A stretch of DNA of 64,000 nt from an uncultured virus (IMG/VR IMGVR_UViG_3300033153_007854) (taxonomy: Duplodnaviria; Heunggongvirae; Uroviricota; Caudoviricetes): IMG/VR virus record IMGVR_UViG_3300033153_007854; one strand, 5' to 3'. Under the pieces are notes generated by a model. The model was not told the origin of the DNA. It worked only from the letters and a program-made list of their open reading frames with translations, and made no database searches. Both the position numbers and the translations under genes were made by a program. Shown one piece after another: positions 25,408-34,353 of this stretch (positions within the stretch are counted from its first letter, which is position 1; every line of letters begins with the position of its first letter).

Positions 25408-26223
25408 TTAGACATACTCGAACTTGACAGCACCGTGAAGTTCTTGCCACTTCACCAATCGTTCTCGTTGCGCCGCAGTAATTAAACTGTCTTTCAGGGC
25501 GTACCATTTCTTATTCGTACACTTGAGCCAGCCCTTGGCCTCAAGGATTTGTTCACTGTCGCCAGTTTCGTATGGGTATAACTCTCTGGCAATCAACTTA
25601 GACCTCTCGATATGCTGGCCGTGGGCGCACTTGTAGAAATACCCAAGAGGGGATAGCCATCCGCTATCGGTTAGCTCATCATCATGATATTTGTTCTCGA
25701 ACTCCTTGATGTTCTGCTCGATTACGACAGGTTCCAAGGTCTTTTTAAGATTGGTCCACTTGCGCTTGTACTTGCTTAATTCTCCCACGGTGATTTGCTT
25801 TATCTCGAAACTGATATTTGTCTCGTCTATTATCAGTCGGATGTTGTATTTCTTGCACAACTTGACGATGGTTTTGACATTCATACGCAGGCCGAATCTG
25901 CTGTGGTCCAAACCATAGAACATGATGCCCTCCTCGACTGTGAGATATTCCTTATACTCTTTCCTGTAGTAATACATCAATTGGGCGATTATTTCCCTGT
26001 CCTTGTATGGGATGTCATGGTCCGATTGATTTAGGTCCAGATATGTCCCTTTATCGAATATCTTGATGCACTCAACCGAATAAGACCCAGATATAGACTG
26101 TGGATGTTTTCGTATGAAGTTGTATACGAATTGTTTTATATTTTGTGTGTATCGCAGTAATCCATCAATGTCTTTGATTGCCTTTTGGAAGTCGTCTTTT
26201 GTCTTCGGCACTGTTCTTGCCAT
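25408..26223 (-). CDS. Hypothetical protein (GWLSPxG motif)
   Basis: GGTGACACGATG start; class A promoter. Confidence 0.75.
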   Translation of the reverse strand: MARTVPKTKDDFQKAIKDIDGLLRYTQNIKQFVYNFIRKHPQSISGSYSVECIKIFDKGTYLDLNQSDHDIPYKDREIIAQLMYYYRKEYKEYLTVEEGIMFYGLDHSRFGLRMNVKTIVKLCKKYNIRLIIDETNISFEIKQITVGELSKYKRKWTNLKKTLEPVVIEQNIKEFENKYHDDELTDSGWLSPLGYFYKCAHGQHIERSKLIARELYPYETGDSEQILEAKGWLKCTNKKWYALKDSLITAAQRERLVKWQELHGAVKFEYV

Positions 26224-26277
26224 CGTGTCACCATCATATGATATGATTGGGGACTTTATATCCTTTTTGAGTCGAAG

Positions 26278-26352
26278 CGGGCACAACAGGATTCGAACCT
26301 GTGAATTCTGAGTTAGGAACTCAGAGCATTATCCAAGCTGTGCCATGTGCCC
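26278..26352 (-). tRNA. tRNA-Arg(CCT)
   Basis: CTGAG TT CCT AA CTCAG. Confidence 0.92.
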
Positions 26353-26388
26353 ATAGAATGTTCTTCAAACCGTTGAAGAAGAAAGTAT

Positions 26389-26820
26389 TTATTGGTTAAG
26401 CAAACAGTCGAGTATGCTCAGATTTTCCTGGGCGTGAAGAACGTCCTCATCTGTTACTTTAATGAATTTGCAATATCCCGCCAACTTTTCCGGGTCAATA
26501 TGCTTCCAACCCTTTTCCGGCGTCCCACAGGCGGCAATTAAATCTTGATGTCGGCGGATGTGTTCTAAAATGCGCATATCGGTATCTAGGTATGAGATGT
26601 CATGGCGGCTCTTGAAGGTGCGTCCATCGTCCATATCAACTACAACGTCTGTCTTGTCAACCCCTATTTTGGGAGCAGACCTGGCTATTTCTTTAAGCCT
26701 GTTATTTGCCAACTGGAGCGCATTAGGTCCAGTGAATTCCCATTCACCAGTTAATTCTATAGGCCCTTCTCCTCTGACCACCTTGATATTCGTGATAGAT
26801 ACCGCACATTTTCCAGCCAT
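26389..26820 (-). CDS. Hypothetical protein
   Basis: Class B promoter at 26844-26862. Confidence 0.7.
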   Translation of the reverse strand: MAGKCAVSITNIKVVRGEGPIELTGEWEFTGPNALQLANNRLKEIARSAPKIGVDKTDVVVDMDDGRTFKSRHDISYLDTDMRILEHIRRHQDLIAACGTPEKGWKHIDPEKLAGYCKFIKVTDEDVLHAQENLSILDCLLNQ

Positions 26821-26867
26821 TGACTGTCAAAGCTCATAGTTAATATATATAAGTTTGTAATCAGAAG

Positions 26868-26942
26868 CGGGCGTGGCAGGATTCGAACCCACGAACTGCG
26901 ACTCCGAAGGCCGCCGCACTATCCAGGCTATGCCACACGCCC
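26868..26942 (-). tRNA. tRNA-Arg(TCG)
   Basis: GCGGC CT TCG GA GTCGC. Confidence 0.9.
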
Positions 26943-26995
26943 ATGTGCTATCATTTTAGATAAAGTATATAAAGTCCCTGAACTTTCTGAAATCT

Positions 26996-27130
26996 ATGAA
27001 CTTTCAATATGTTGTATGGATGGACCCCTTGGATAATGTTTGGAAAGATTATATTCCTACTGGGGCAGCCAGAACGTTACTAGATAATATCAATGAGACT
27101 GATGGGTGTTTTCTGATACTATTGATGTGA
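26996..27130 (+). CDS. 44-aa hypothetical protein
   Basis: Plus-strand class A promoter TATATAAAGTCCC at ~26966, then MNFQYVVWMDPLDNVWK... Confidence 0.45.
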   Translation: MNFQYVVWMDPLDNVWKDYIPTGAARTLLDNINETDGCFLILLM

Positions 27131-27132
27131 AG

Positions 27133-27204
27133 TCTGGGGAGAGAGAGTCGAACTCCCGAGGAATGGGTCTACAATCCACCGCCATACCACTTGGCTATCC
27201 CCAG
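27133..27204 (-). tRNA. tRNA-Tyr(GTA)
   Basis: C1-G72 (archaeal/eukaryal Tyr identity), short variable loop, TT GTA GA. Confidence 0.88.
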
Positions 27205-27214
27205 ATTGAATAGG

Positions 27215-27273
27215 AAAGCGTGTCGGGAATCAAACCCGATTGAACAGGGCTCATTCCAGTCACCCTCACGCTT
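27215..27273 (-). ncRNA. 59-nt anticodon-less tRNA-like RNA, copy 2
   Basis: AAGCGTG AGGGT GACTGGAATGA GCCCT GTTCAA TCGGG TTTGATT CCCGA CACGCTT T. Confidence 0.75.
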
Positions 27274-27307
27274 ATGTTATATACTATTTGTTACCAGATT
27301 TGGAAAG

Positions 27308-27381
27308 TGGAGGAGGGGAGATTTGAACTCCCGACATTTCAATTTTCAGTCGAACGGACCCCCAGGCTGTCCTACTCCTCC
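27308..27381 (-). tRNA. tRNA-Phe(GAA)
   Basis: TTCGA CT GAA AA TTGAA. Confidence 0.9.
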
Positions 27382-27391
27382 GTGATATTGA

Positions 27392-27466
27392 TGAGCCCGG
27401 AGGGATTCGAACCCCCGACACCTGGATTAAAAGTCCAGTGCATTATCCTAGCTATACTACGGGCCC
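27392..27466 (-). tRNA. tRNA-Lys(TTT)
   Basis: CTGGA CT TTT AA TCCAG. Confidence 0.92.
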
Positions 27467-27469
27467 ACA

Positions 27470-27805
27470 TTATGCATAGGCTGGGTCGGATTCTTTAGCT
27501 CCATCCCATTTTTCCTCATTTGCGAGGATTATCTCGTATGTGGTATCGCCAACTTCAGCCTCGAAAACGTGCCCATAACTGTCTTTGAAACCTAGCATTA
27601 GGTCAGCAGTGAGTCGGCAGAACAATATCTGTGAACCTTTCTCAATGGATTCGGCCTGTGCAATAGCCACTTCACGGGTTATAATTGGGTTGGCAATGAT
27701 GACATAAATTGGCCCTTCTGGTGTCCTATGCTTAGACACATACATTCCAGCGGGTGGCTGTAGAAGATGCATGAGCCTGGCTGGAAATCTGATTAAGAGC
27801 TTCAA
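27470..27805 (-). CDS. Hypothetical protein
   Basis: Overlapping operon gene. Confidence 0.55.
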   Translation of the reverse strand: MKLLIRFPARLMHLLQPPAGMYVSKHRTPEGPIYVIIANPIITREVAIAQAESIEKGSQILFCRLTADLMLGFKDSYGHVFEAEVGDTTYEIILANEEKWDGAKESDPAYA

Positions 27806-28260
27806 TTGGCTCGCCTCAATGCCGTATCAGTGATGATGTGTTCGCATCCCCCGCAGATGTAGTACCTGCTGGACCATCTTTCCACCTTGCCTTGTTCTGA
27901 ACATCTTGGGCAGACGAGCTTCCCGTATATGTTGATGCCTTTCTTCTTAGCCGCCAGTTCCTTTATCTTCCAACGTGGAAGGGTGGAAATATTGAGAAGG
28001 CCGACCAATACGCCGATTATTATGAGCGCACATATGAGTAGGTTCAACCCCGAATGTTTAAGCAGGGTTCCGTCCTGCCAGCATATGAGTGTGCCCAGAG
28101 CCAGGAATATTAGCGAAACTACGCACATGACTATCCCAAAGCCGATGGCAAGGGCCTTCATTCCAGCTTCCGCCCCCAACATGGGACTGTCGAATTCCTC
28201 GCCGACCTTACCTGCGACTTCGGCGGCAAATCCAGCGGGTCCGCCTGATTTTAACGGCAT
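27802..28260 (-). CDS. Two-TM protein with C-terminal Zn ribbon
   Basis: CPRC...CGGC. Confidence 0.7.
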   Translation of the reverse strand: MPLKSGGPAGFAAEVAGKVGEEFDSPMLGAEAGMKALAIGFGIVMCVVSLIFLALGTLICWQDGTLLKHSGLNLLICALIIIGVLVGLLNISTLPRWKIKELAAKKKGINIYGKLVCPRCSEQGKVERWSSRYYICGGCEHIITDTALRRAN

Positions 28261-28275
28261 CCTGTCATCTCCTGC

Positions 28276-30030
28276 CTAAGTATCGTGTTCCATCTCTACT
28301 ATGATGTTGACATCCTGGTTGTAGGATGATGACCCCGTTGCGAACATGATAAGGACGAAATCTCCCACCTCGTAGGCATACGGCCTTGAATTCGCATAGG
28401 CGTAGAATGTGAAATGCTGGTGCAAGGTGCGTTGGACCACCACGGTCATGTTCAGTGTGGCATTGTATTCCGTATCATTTATAGTTACAGTGAAATCGAG
28501 CTTGATTTCCCATTCGGTAGTGCCATTGACGACGTAGTTATACATTGATGTTATGGTCCCATTGATGGCGCACAGTGTCTCATTAGTCACACTGCCTGGG
28601 AGAGATGAGCCATTTATGAGTTCTATGTATTCTGGAAGGACATCGGCGAGTGTTTCGCCCATTACCACCGTTGAGGATACGTCGTCGGCCCTGAGTAGGC
28701 TGACCCTCTGTAGGATGTTGTTTTCAGATAGTATGGGGCAGAACCATGTCTCCACGCCGTCTATGATTAGGAACATGGGCTGTGTAGCGTACCAACCGTC
28801 GAAGTTCTTTATTTTCGATGTGGCGACCTCTATGGCCCCGTCGCCATTCGCCATGCCCTCGACGTTGTAGAAGCTCATCTGACCCGTCTTGGTATCGGTC
28901 AGCATATATCCGACCATGGATTTGTCCGAACCTGACGGACTCGTGAAATCTGTGAACCAGTAGGTACGGCCATCATTGGCGACAATCATGAATACGTCGC
29001 TCTCCTTGATTGAGTCATCCCCTTCGGAATTGGTGGCTCTTTTTGTTGGTATCTTCACATCGTCCTCCGATAAGACGGTGTTCCAGTAGCCGTGAACATA
29101 TTTGCCCCACCATTGACAGTAATCCTCGGTCAGTTCCTCGGGGAACGCATTGTCAATCCATCCTGGCTGTGAGCCGATATTATATTCTGCTATGCTTAGA
29201 TTGACCGGGGAAACCACCAATATCTTCGATACCACATCACCATCGTAAGTGACGGTAGGGGTGCAAAGAGTCACGATGACCCATGGCTGACCTGATTCAT
29301 CTATCTCGAATGTCCAGTATTGATGATATTGAGAATAATCCCGGTATATTATCCTACCCATGTATTCTCCGAAGTATTCTCCATCATAGGCATAGTCAAT
29401 AGAGTATTCGTTGACGAGTACGGCATCCGCATTGGGGTCTTCGGCATCCACGAGGACGTAACCACCCGTCACATGATACTCCCTGGCTTTCCAGAAGCCA
29501 CGATGTACTAACGGACCCAACCACGTTAATGTGCCGTTATACATGATTATTTCCATCTCCCCTATCTCGACACGGTTTCCGAGAGAACCGATTACCTTGT
29601 CTGCCTTCCAGCGGGCGTATTCATAGTTGACCTGGCGGAGATGCGTAGTGTCAATCCCGTTGGGCTGGTCCTCGTATGTGCTCACATTCGGGATTCCGTA
29701 TAATCTGGATGTGACGAAAATCGGAGAGAATAACCCGACGAGTAGAATCACCACGCACAGGATTCCGATTATTACTCTGGCTACGTCTTCGGAATCGTTT
29801 GCACTTGAGCCACAGAATATGATGCCAAGAAATACACCTAGCACGGCTGTCATCACCATCGAGAAAGCGTATGTATTGAACATCATCAGGTAGTTCACGA
29901 TTGCTATTATTACGAAGAATGTCATGGCCATGAGCAGGCCCCATACTACTTTCACCTTTGTTCTTCCCAATAATGCGATTGTTATCAGGATTGCCACCGC
30001 ACATATGATAGGTATTATCCAACCGGACAT
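28276..30030 (-). CDS. Large membrane-anchored extracellular protein
   Basis: Four N-terminal TM helices and a ~470-aa soluble domain; class A promoter. Confidence 0.8.
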   Translation of the reverse strand: MSGWIIPIICAVAILITIALLGRTKVKVVWGLLMAMTFFVIIAIVNYLMMFNTYAFSMVMTAVLGVFLGIIFCGSSANDSEDVARVIIGILCVVILLVGLFSPIFVTSRLYGIPNVSTYEDQPNGIDTTHLRQVNYEYARWKADKVIGSLGNRVEIGEMEIIMYNGTLTWLGPLVHRGFWKAREYHVTGGYVLVDAEDPNADAVLVNEYSIDYAYDGEYFGEYMGRIIYRDYSQYHQYWTFEIDESGQPWVIVTLCTPTVTYDGDVVSKILVVSPVNLSIAEYNIGSQPGWIDNAFPEELTEDYCQWWGKYVHGYWNTVLSEDDVKIPTKRATNSEGDDSIKESDVFMIVANDGRTYWFTDFTSPSGSDKSMVGYMLTDTKTGQMSFYNVEGMANGDGAIEVATSKIKNFDGWYATQPMFLIIDGVETWFCPILSENNILQRVSLLRADDVSSTVVMGETLADVLPEYIELINGSSLPGSVTNETLCAINGTITSMYNYVVNGTTEWEIKLDFTVTINDTEYNATLNMTVVVQRTLHQHFTFYAYANSRPYAYEVGDFVLIMFATGSSSYNQDVNIIVEMEHDT

Positions 30031-30085
30031 TTGTTCACCTAAGTCTTTCTAATATCCGGGGACTTTATATGCTTTTTGAAAGGAA

Positions 30086-30174
30086 TGGTGCTGGAGGGAA
30101 GATTCGAACTTCCGACGTTGCCTATGTAGTGATTCCTAAGACCACCGCATTCGACCTGGCTCTGCTACTCCAGC
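30086..30174 (-). tRNA. tRNA-Leu(TAG), CCA encoded
   Basis: GTGGT CT TAG GA ATCAC, long variable region. Confidence 0.9.
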
Positions 30175-30176
30175 TT

Positions 30177-30695
30177 TTAATGTGTGTCGTTATATTCCTG
30201 ACACCAGTTGATGATGGTTTCCTCAGTCCATTTGAAATGACGATTCTTCCGTATGTTTCGAGATTGAATCTTTCCGACAAGCTCTGCCCGCTTCTTCATA
30301 TCAACCATGTCGTAACCCATATATTGATTTCGTCTTCCAATTGGCCCCATTGAAATGTATTCGAGCATAACCCCGATATGTGGTTTTTTTATTACTGAGT
30401 AGGGAGATATTGTAGTTAATAATTTCTTTAATGATGGTCTTGCATAAATGCTTATTTCTGCCATTTTGCATCCTGTTCCGTAAGTACGAAATCGGGTATT
30501 GTAATTGAGGCCCAGGTCATCAAATATATGTTTAATGGTTTGGAACCATTTTCCTTCGGACATAGCGATGCTAAACGAGGGGGTGATGGCTATCCGATTC
30601 CCAAATTTTCTTTTTGATTTTCGTGTGATGACGTTGAAATAAATTGAGCCTTCGCCATCAATCAATCCCGCCATCCAAGCTATTGTGGTAGACAT
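30177..30695 (-). CDS. Free-standing LAGLIDADG homing endonuclease
   Basis: IAWMAGLIDGEGSI...LLTTISPYSVIKK; own promoter at ~30725. Confidence 0.85.
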   Translation of the reverse strand: MSTTIAWMAGLIDGEGSIYFNVITRKSKRKFGNRIAITPSFSIAMSEGKWFQTIKHIFDDLGLNYNTRFRTYGTGCKMAEISIYARPSLKKLLTTISPYSVIKKPHIGVMLEYISMGPIGRRNQYMGYDMVDMKKRAELVGKIQSRNIRKNRHFKWTEETIINWCQEYNDTH

Positions 30696-30747
30696 TGTTA
30701 TACACCTATGATATTATGATATTGTGGGTTTATATGGTTTATCATGA

Positions 30748-30821
30748 TGAGGGTGACAAAATTCGAACCTGGGGTCACTCGGTTATGAGCCCACCGCATT
30801 ACCGGGCTCTGCTACGCCAGC
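30748..30821 (-). pseudogene. Chimeric pseudo-tRNA (Leu-type 5' half + CAT-type 3' half)
   Basis: Acceptor strands do not pair; the 5' half is near-identical to the adjacent tRNA-Leu. Confidence 0.65.
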
Positions 30822-31377
30822 ATTTACCTATAAAGAAGTTGATGATAATATCAATCTTCCAGTTGATGAGGGTTCCTAAAGTCGGCCTGAAGATTTTCAA
30901 TACGCTTGGGGGTATCGTTCCAGAGGGTTTGACCTGAACCGATGGGATACCCCGGAACAAGCCAACGTCCACACCATTGATGCTGACCGGGAATGTTGGT
31001 TCTTTATCCTCTGCCTTGATGTTCGCATCTGGTTCTATTGTGCAGCCTTCTTTCAATAGGGTTTCCGCCTCGCATGATACTATCAACACTTTCCCCAGGA
31101 CTCTTAGACCCCACCAGTTGTGTCTACTTTTCTTGACCCGCATCTCACCCCAGGCATATGCTATATTTTCTTTGGTCGTGAAATACAGCATATCTTCTTC
31201 CGATTCTGCTTTCCAGGTCTTATCGACCCCCGGACGCATCCCTTCCCTGGCTATCTTAAGGGCCGTTTTCTTATCAGTGCCATGGTACAATGTGGTTGGC
31301 GTGTTGTTCGCCAGCCATGCGGTAAGCTCTGGAAGGCTTCTGTTCGGGGCAATCACATTTAATGGTATCGGCGTCAT
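30799..31377 (-). CDS. Tpt1/KptA-like ADP-ribosyltransferase-fold protein
   Basis: TLYHGTDKKTALKIAREGMRPG...LYFTT...AYAWG...IPPSVL. Confidence 0.6.
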   Translation of the reverse strand: MTPIPLNVIAPNRSLPELTAWLANNTPTTLYHGTDKKTALKIAREGMRPGVDKTWKAESEEDMLYFTTKENIAYAWGEMRVKKSRHNWWGLRVLGKVLIVSCEAETLLKEGCTIEPDANIKAEDKEPTFPVSINGVDVGLFRGIPSVQVKPSGTIPPSVLKIFRPTLGTLINWKIDIIINFFIGKCWRSRAR

Positions 31378-31385
31378 TTGCTCAC

Positions 31386-31601
31386 CTATTGACCTCTCGT
31401 TCCTGGCGTCCTCTTGTAGCCATGGTGTTTATCGTGACAATCCCTACAGAGAATCCTCCAGTTGGATGGAGTGTCCTCGCCACCTTTGGATAAAGGCTTG
31501 ATATGATGAATGGATAGGTTATTTTCAGCTCCGCACTTTGAGCATATCCCTACACGGAGCATTCTGCGGCGTTGCCTGTTAATGTAATTGATGTGACTCA
31601 C
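31386..31601 (-). CDS. Minimal HNH endonuclease
   Basis: CSKCG...HHIKPLSKGGEDTPSNWRILCRDCHDKHH. Confidence 0.85.
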   Translation of the reverse strand: MSHINYINRQRRRMLRVGICSKCGAENNLSIHHIKPLSKGGEDTPSNWRILCRDCHDKHHGYKRTPGTRGQ

Positions 31602-32269
31602 GCCATCACCACGTTGAATCGGGGAGTTCTGCCCGTCCAATGTGATTCTTCAGCCAAGTCGTCCAAGAACTCCTGAACGACGAGCTTGCCGAACTGCTTG
31701 ACCGTATCGGCCTTCACGACGATGCCTTCCATGTTGGCCACGGTGGAGAATGCCGACCTCTTGTTCTCACAGAGGGGAAGCAGGTCATCGAACTTGACCT
31801 TCCCCCTGAACATCACGGGAGCTGTCGTGAATCCGAGCCCGTTGAGGATTTTTATCTTGCGGTCCTGAGAGATGATGCGGCCAATACCTTCTTCGATAAT
31901 GTCGAAGGCGATGAACCTGTCTGGAAGCCTGTCATACACGATATTGTGCTGAACGTGCGCCCACTCGCCGACGACCCTGGTGTGCCTCGGTATTCCCTCG
32001 ACCTTTTCGATGTTCGTCCATACCCAAGGCCACGCTCCTTTGAACTGGGTGCATTTGTCATATTCGGATAAATGCCTGTTCCGAGTGTAGATGACTGGCT
32101 TGCCGTTCTTGAAAGCAATAGACATCTGGGAGCCGTCAATCTTCTCCTCAATTCTGGTATCCCCCTTCAGTAACCTCTTGACCTCACTGGGGTTGAGATA
32201 ACGCTTATCGTGCCTTGCGGATATGGCGGAATGAGGTATTCTCAGTGGTTTAGGATACTTCAGTTGCAT
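31598..32269 (-). CDS. ATP-dependent RNA ligase (nucleotidyltransferase domain)
   Basis: YPKPLRIP, motif I EEKIDGSQ, GEW, FIAFDI, EGIVVK, GKLV. Confidence 0.85.
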   Translation of the reverse strand: MQLKYPKPLRIPHSAISARHDKRYLNPSEVKRLLKGDTRIEEKIDGSQMSIAFKNGKPVIYTRNRHLSEYDKCTQFKGAWPWVWTNIEKVEGIPRHTRVVGEWAHVQHNIVYDRLPDRFIAFDIIEEGIGRIISQDRKIKILNGLGFTTAPVMFRGKVKFDDLLPLCENKRSAFSTVANMEGIVVKADTVKQFGKLVVQEFLDDLAEESHWTGRTPRFNVVMA

Positions 32270-32810
32270 TGTCTTCCTCTCTGAACTCTTTGAGCTTTAA
32301 AAGCACGGCGAGTTCCGTTTCAGTCGTTTTGATGGAGTTATCCAGGTGAGTTCGGTTTCTCCTCATGCGGAAGTACCATTTCAACTGTTTTAAATCACCC
32401 TCACTGCCACTCAATTCGATGAGAATGGCGATTAATGCCATTCCAACAACCATGAGTCGTCCTATAGCTGGTGTGAAATTTGCCTGAAATGTCCAGGTGG
32501 ACATGAAGATTACCAGGCTAATGTATGAGGTTAAAATGAGGACTGGACATCCGAATAGAAAGCCTGAAAGACTCAACTCCAGATAATGGTCATAATCGAC
32601 CCGTGCATACTTTACTTGGTCTTCTGCACCACAACTACCGGAGTCTGGTGTCACGACGAACTTTATCTCGGACTCTGGTATGTATCTTCTATAAGCCACC
32701 CAATGTCCAAGCTCGTGGACGATGGTATTCAATATCATTCCAAGGAGGTATGTCCCTGTTATTGCCATCAAGACCAAGAGTTCGTGTGTGCCTTCTGTCA
32801 TATTATTCAC
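32250..32810 (-). CDS. M50-like membrane zinc metalloprotease
   Basis: VHELGH in a TM helix; GSEGD near the C-terminus. Confidence 0.6.
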   Translation of the reverse strand: MNNMTEGTHELLVLMAITGTYLLGMILNTIVHELGHWVAYRRYIPESEIKFVVTPDSGSCGAEDQVKYARVDYDHYLELSLSGFLFGCPVLILTSYISLVIFMSTWTFQANFTPAIGRLMVVGMALIAILIELSGSEGDLKQLKWYFRMRRNRTHLDNSIKTTETELAVLLKLKEFREEDNATEVS

Positions 32811-32820
32811 CTGAATGTGA

Positions 32821-32895
32821 TGGGACCAGACGGATTCGAACCGACGACTACCCGGTTATGAGCCGGATGCTCTGACCAGACTAAACTATGGTCCC
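32821..32895 (-). tRNA. tRNA with CAT anticodon (Ile2 or elongator Met)
   Basis: TCCGG CT CAT AA CCGGG; GGG-starting acceptor resembles Ile. Confidence 0.88.
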
Positions 32896-33471
32896 CTAAG
32901 TTGGTGGGGAAAACTCCCCGATTACAGGACCGTAGTAGTCCCCTATTGTTTTCATACCGCCATCATCAGTGGATTGCGTGTCTCCTATAGCGTGTAGAGA
33001 GGTGAACAATGATACCCATTTGGCACTGTAATTCGTTTCATAATCCAGTGTGGCCCCATTCCAGCAAAAATTGGTCAGGTCATAACTTCCACCCGGAACA
33101 GCCGGGAAGCCTTTTATTGATTCGATTACTGTGCCATCGTCAAAGGTCGTCATTATGACAATCCTCTCAACACTCCGATTCTCTATTCGCTCTTTTACTA
33201 ATTGAGAATCGTTTACGAAGTATTGGAGCCTATATCTCCAGCCCCCTTCTAGTTCCATGCCCATTACATTCAGGTTCACTATCTCTGTGGAACAGTTGGC
33301 GTAGATGATTTTCCCCATTCCCTCATTTGTGGGGGTGATGATGAGTTCGGGCTGTTCTTCCGCCTCATTCGTCGTATGCTCATAGACGAATAGCCCGTAT
33401 GTCGTTGCCATCCCCATGATGAATACACACATGAGAGCAATGCCCACCGTGATTCTTTCCTTGCCTTTCAT
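32896..33471 (-). CDS. Membrane-anchored secreted protein
   Basis: N-terminal TM helix; class A promoter at 33508. Confidence 0.7.
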   Translation of the reverse strand: MKGKERITVGIALMCVFIMGMATTYGLFVYEHTTNEAEEQPELIITPTNEGMGKIIYANCSTEIVNLNVMGMELEGGWRYRLQYFVNDSQLVKERIENRSVERIVIMTTFDDGTVIESIKGFPAVPGGSYDLTNFCWNGATLDYETNYSAKWVSLFTSLHAIGDTQSTDDGGMKTIGDYYGPVIGEFSPPT

Positions 33472-33528
33472 TTTATCAACCTCTTTCGTGTAAGATTGAC
33501 TAAGGCCGGGGACTTTATATGGTTTTAG

Positions 33529-33600
33529 GGGAAAGAGCGGGAGTCGAACCCACACTTACAGGGCCACGGTCTGTGGTGCTACCATTACACTATCTTTCCC
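33529..33600 (-). tRNA. tRNA-His(GTG)
   Basis: Encoded G-1:C73; CC GTG GC loop. Confidence 0.85.
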
Positions 33601-33645
33601 ATAGTAATAACGTATTTATATTGATTCATCCATTATGTAGGCTCA

Positions 33646-33810
33646 ATGGCATTTCCTGAACCCGTACCAGTCCTTACCGGAGAGCAAGCCGAGGAGTTCG
33701 CCCGAAGACTTCGTGATTTCAAGTTGACCGATGAGCAGAAGGCGTTTTACAGAGAGGCCATGCAGATTCATAGACGACATAAAGATGATGGAAAAAAATA
33801 CATAAGATGA
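33646..33810 (+). CDS. 54-aa protein, antitoxin-like PVLxGxxAxxF motif
   Basis: MAFPEPVPVLTGEQAEEFARRLRDF...; not in ORF track. Confidence 0.5.
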   Translation: MAFPEPVPVLTGEQAEEFARRLRDFKLTDEQKAFYREAMQIHRRHKDDGKKYIR

Positions 33811-34075
33811 TTCATTCCTCTACTACCGTTTCATTCATTTCATCTCGCAGCCATTCGACGAATTCCTCGTCGGTTCGATTCTCGACGAACTTGGCGTAGA
33901 TTGCTTTGGCGAGATTTTCTCTCGGCTTCGTGTAGCAGAGGTTTCCGAACGGGTATCCGCTCTTTCCTCCTGGTTGGCGACCTTCTCGTGCTATCTCATC
34001 GGTGAAGGCGTAGCCATTCCAGAACGTCCTTTGGACTATTCATGGCTGTTCACCTCGTTTGTTTTAAAGTGATGA

Positions 34076-34353
34076 TGCCGGGAGCAGGATTTGAACCTGC
34101 GATGTTTACCCTACGGTACAGATTTCCCAGAAACAAGACCATTTGAGTTTGCTCCTCTTTTAAGTTCAAGCCCCAGAGAGCATGGGCCGCACTTTGGTCC
34201 GGCCCGGCTATAAAGTTGTCCCTCGGTCCTCTACTCGATTCATAGAGGGGGTTGTCTCCATAGTCCCCAGGAGTTTACTTGCTTCCGCCTGAGTGCGGCG
34301 GAGTCCATGCTCTACTCGGTCTGCTCCAATCGACCTGGCTCTGGCATCCCGGC
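34076..34353 (-). tRNA. tRNA-Leu(GAG) with ~190-nt insertion/intron (34124-34313)
   Basis: GCCGGGA/TCCCGGC-A, Leu-type D-arm and variable arm; GCAGA CC GAG...A TCTGT. Confidence 0.75.

Noticed and set aside
33833..34043. Gene after the GAGGTGA SD at ~34050
   Set aside because: The ATG frame stops after 15 codons while a 69-codon frame begins 1 nt off. I cannot distinguish a frameshifted pseudogene, an ATA start or a sequencing error.
7918..34353. Suppressor, Pyl or Sec tRNA explaining the aRF1 stops
   Set aside because: None of the readable anticodons is CTA, TCA or TTA. Leu(TAG) and Ser(TGA) are ordinary sense anticodons.
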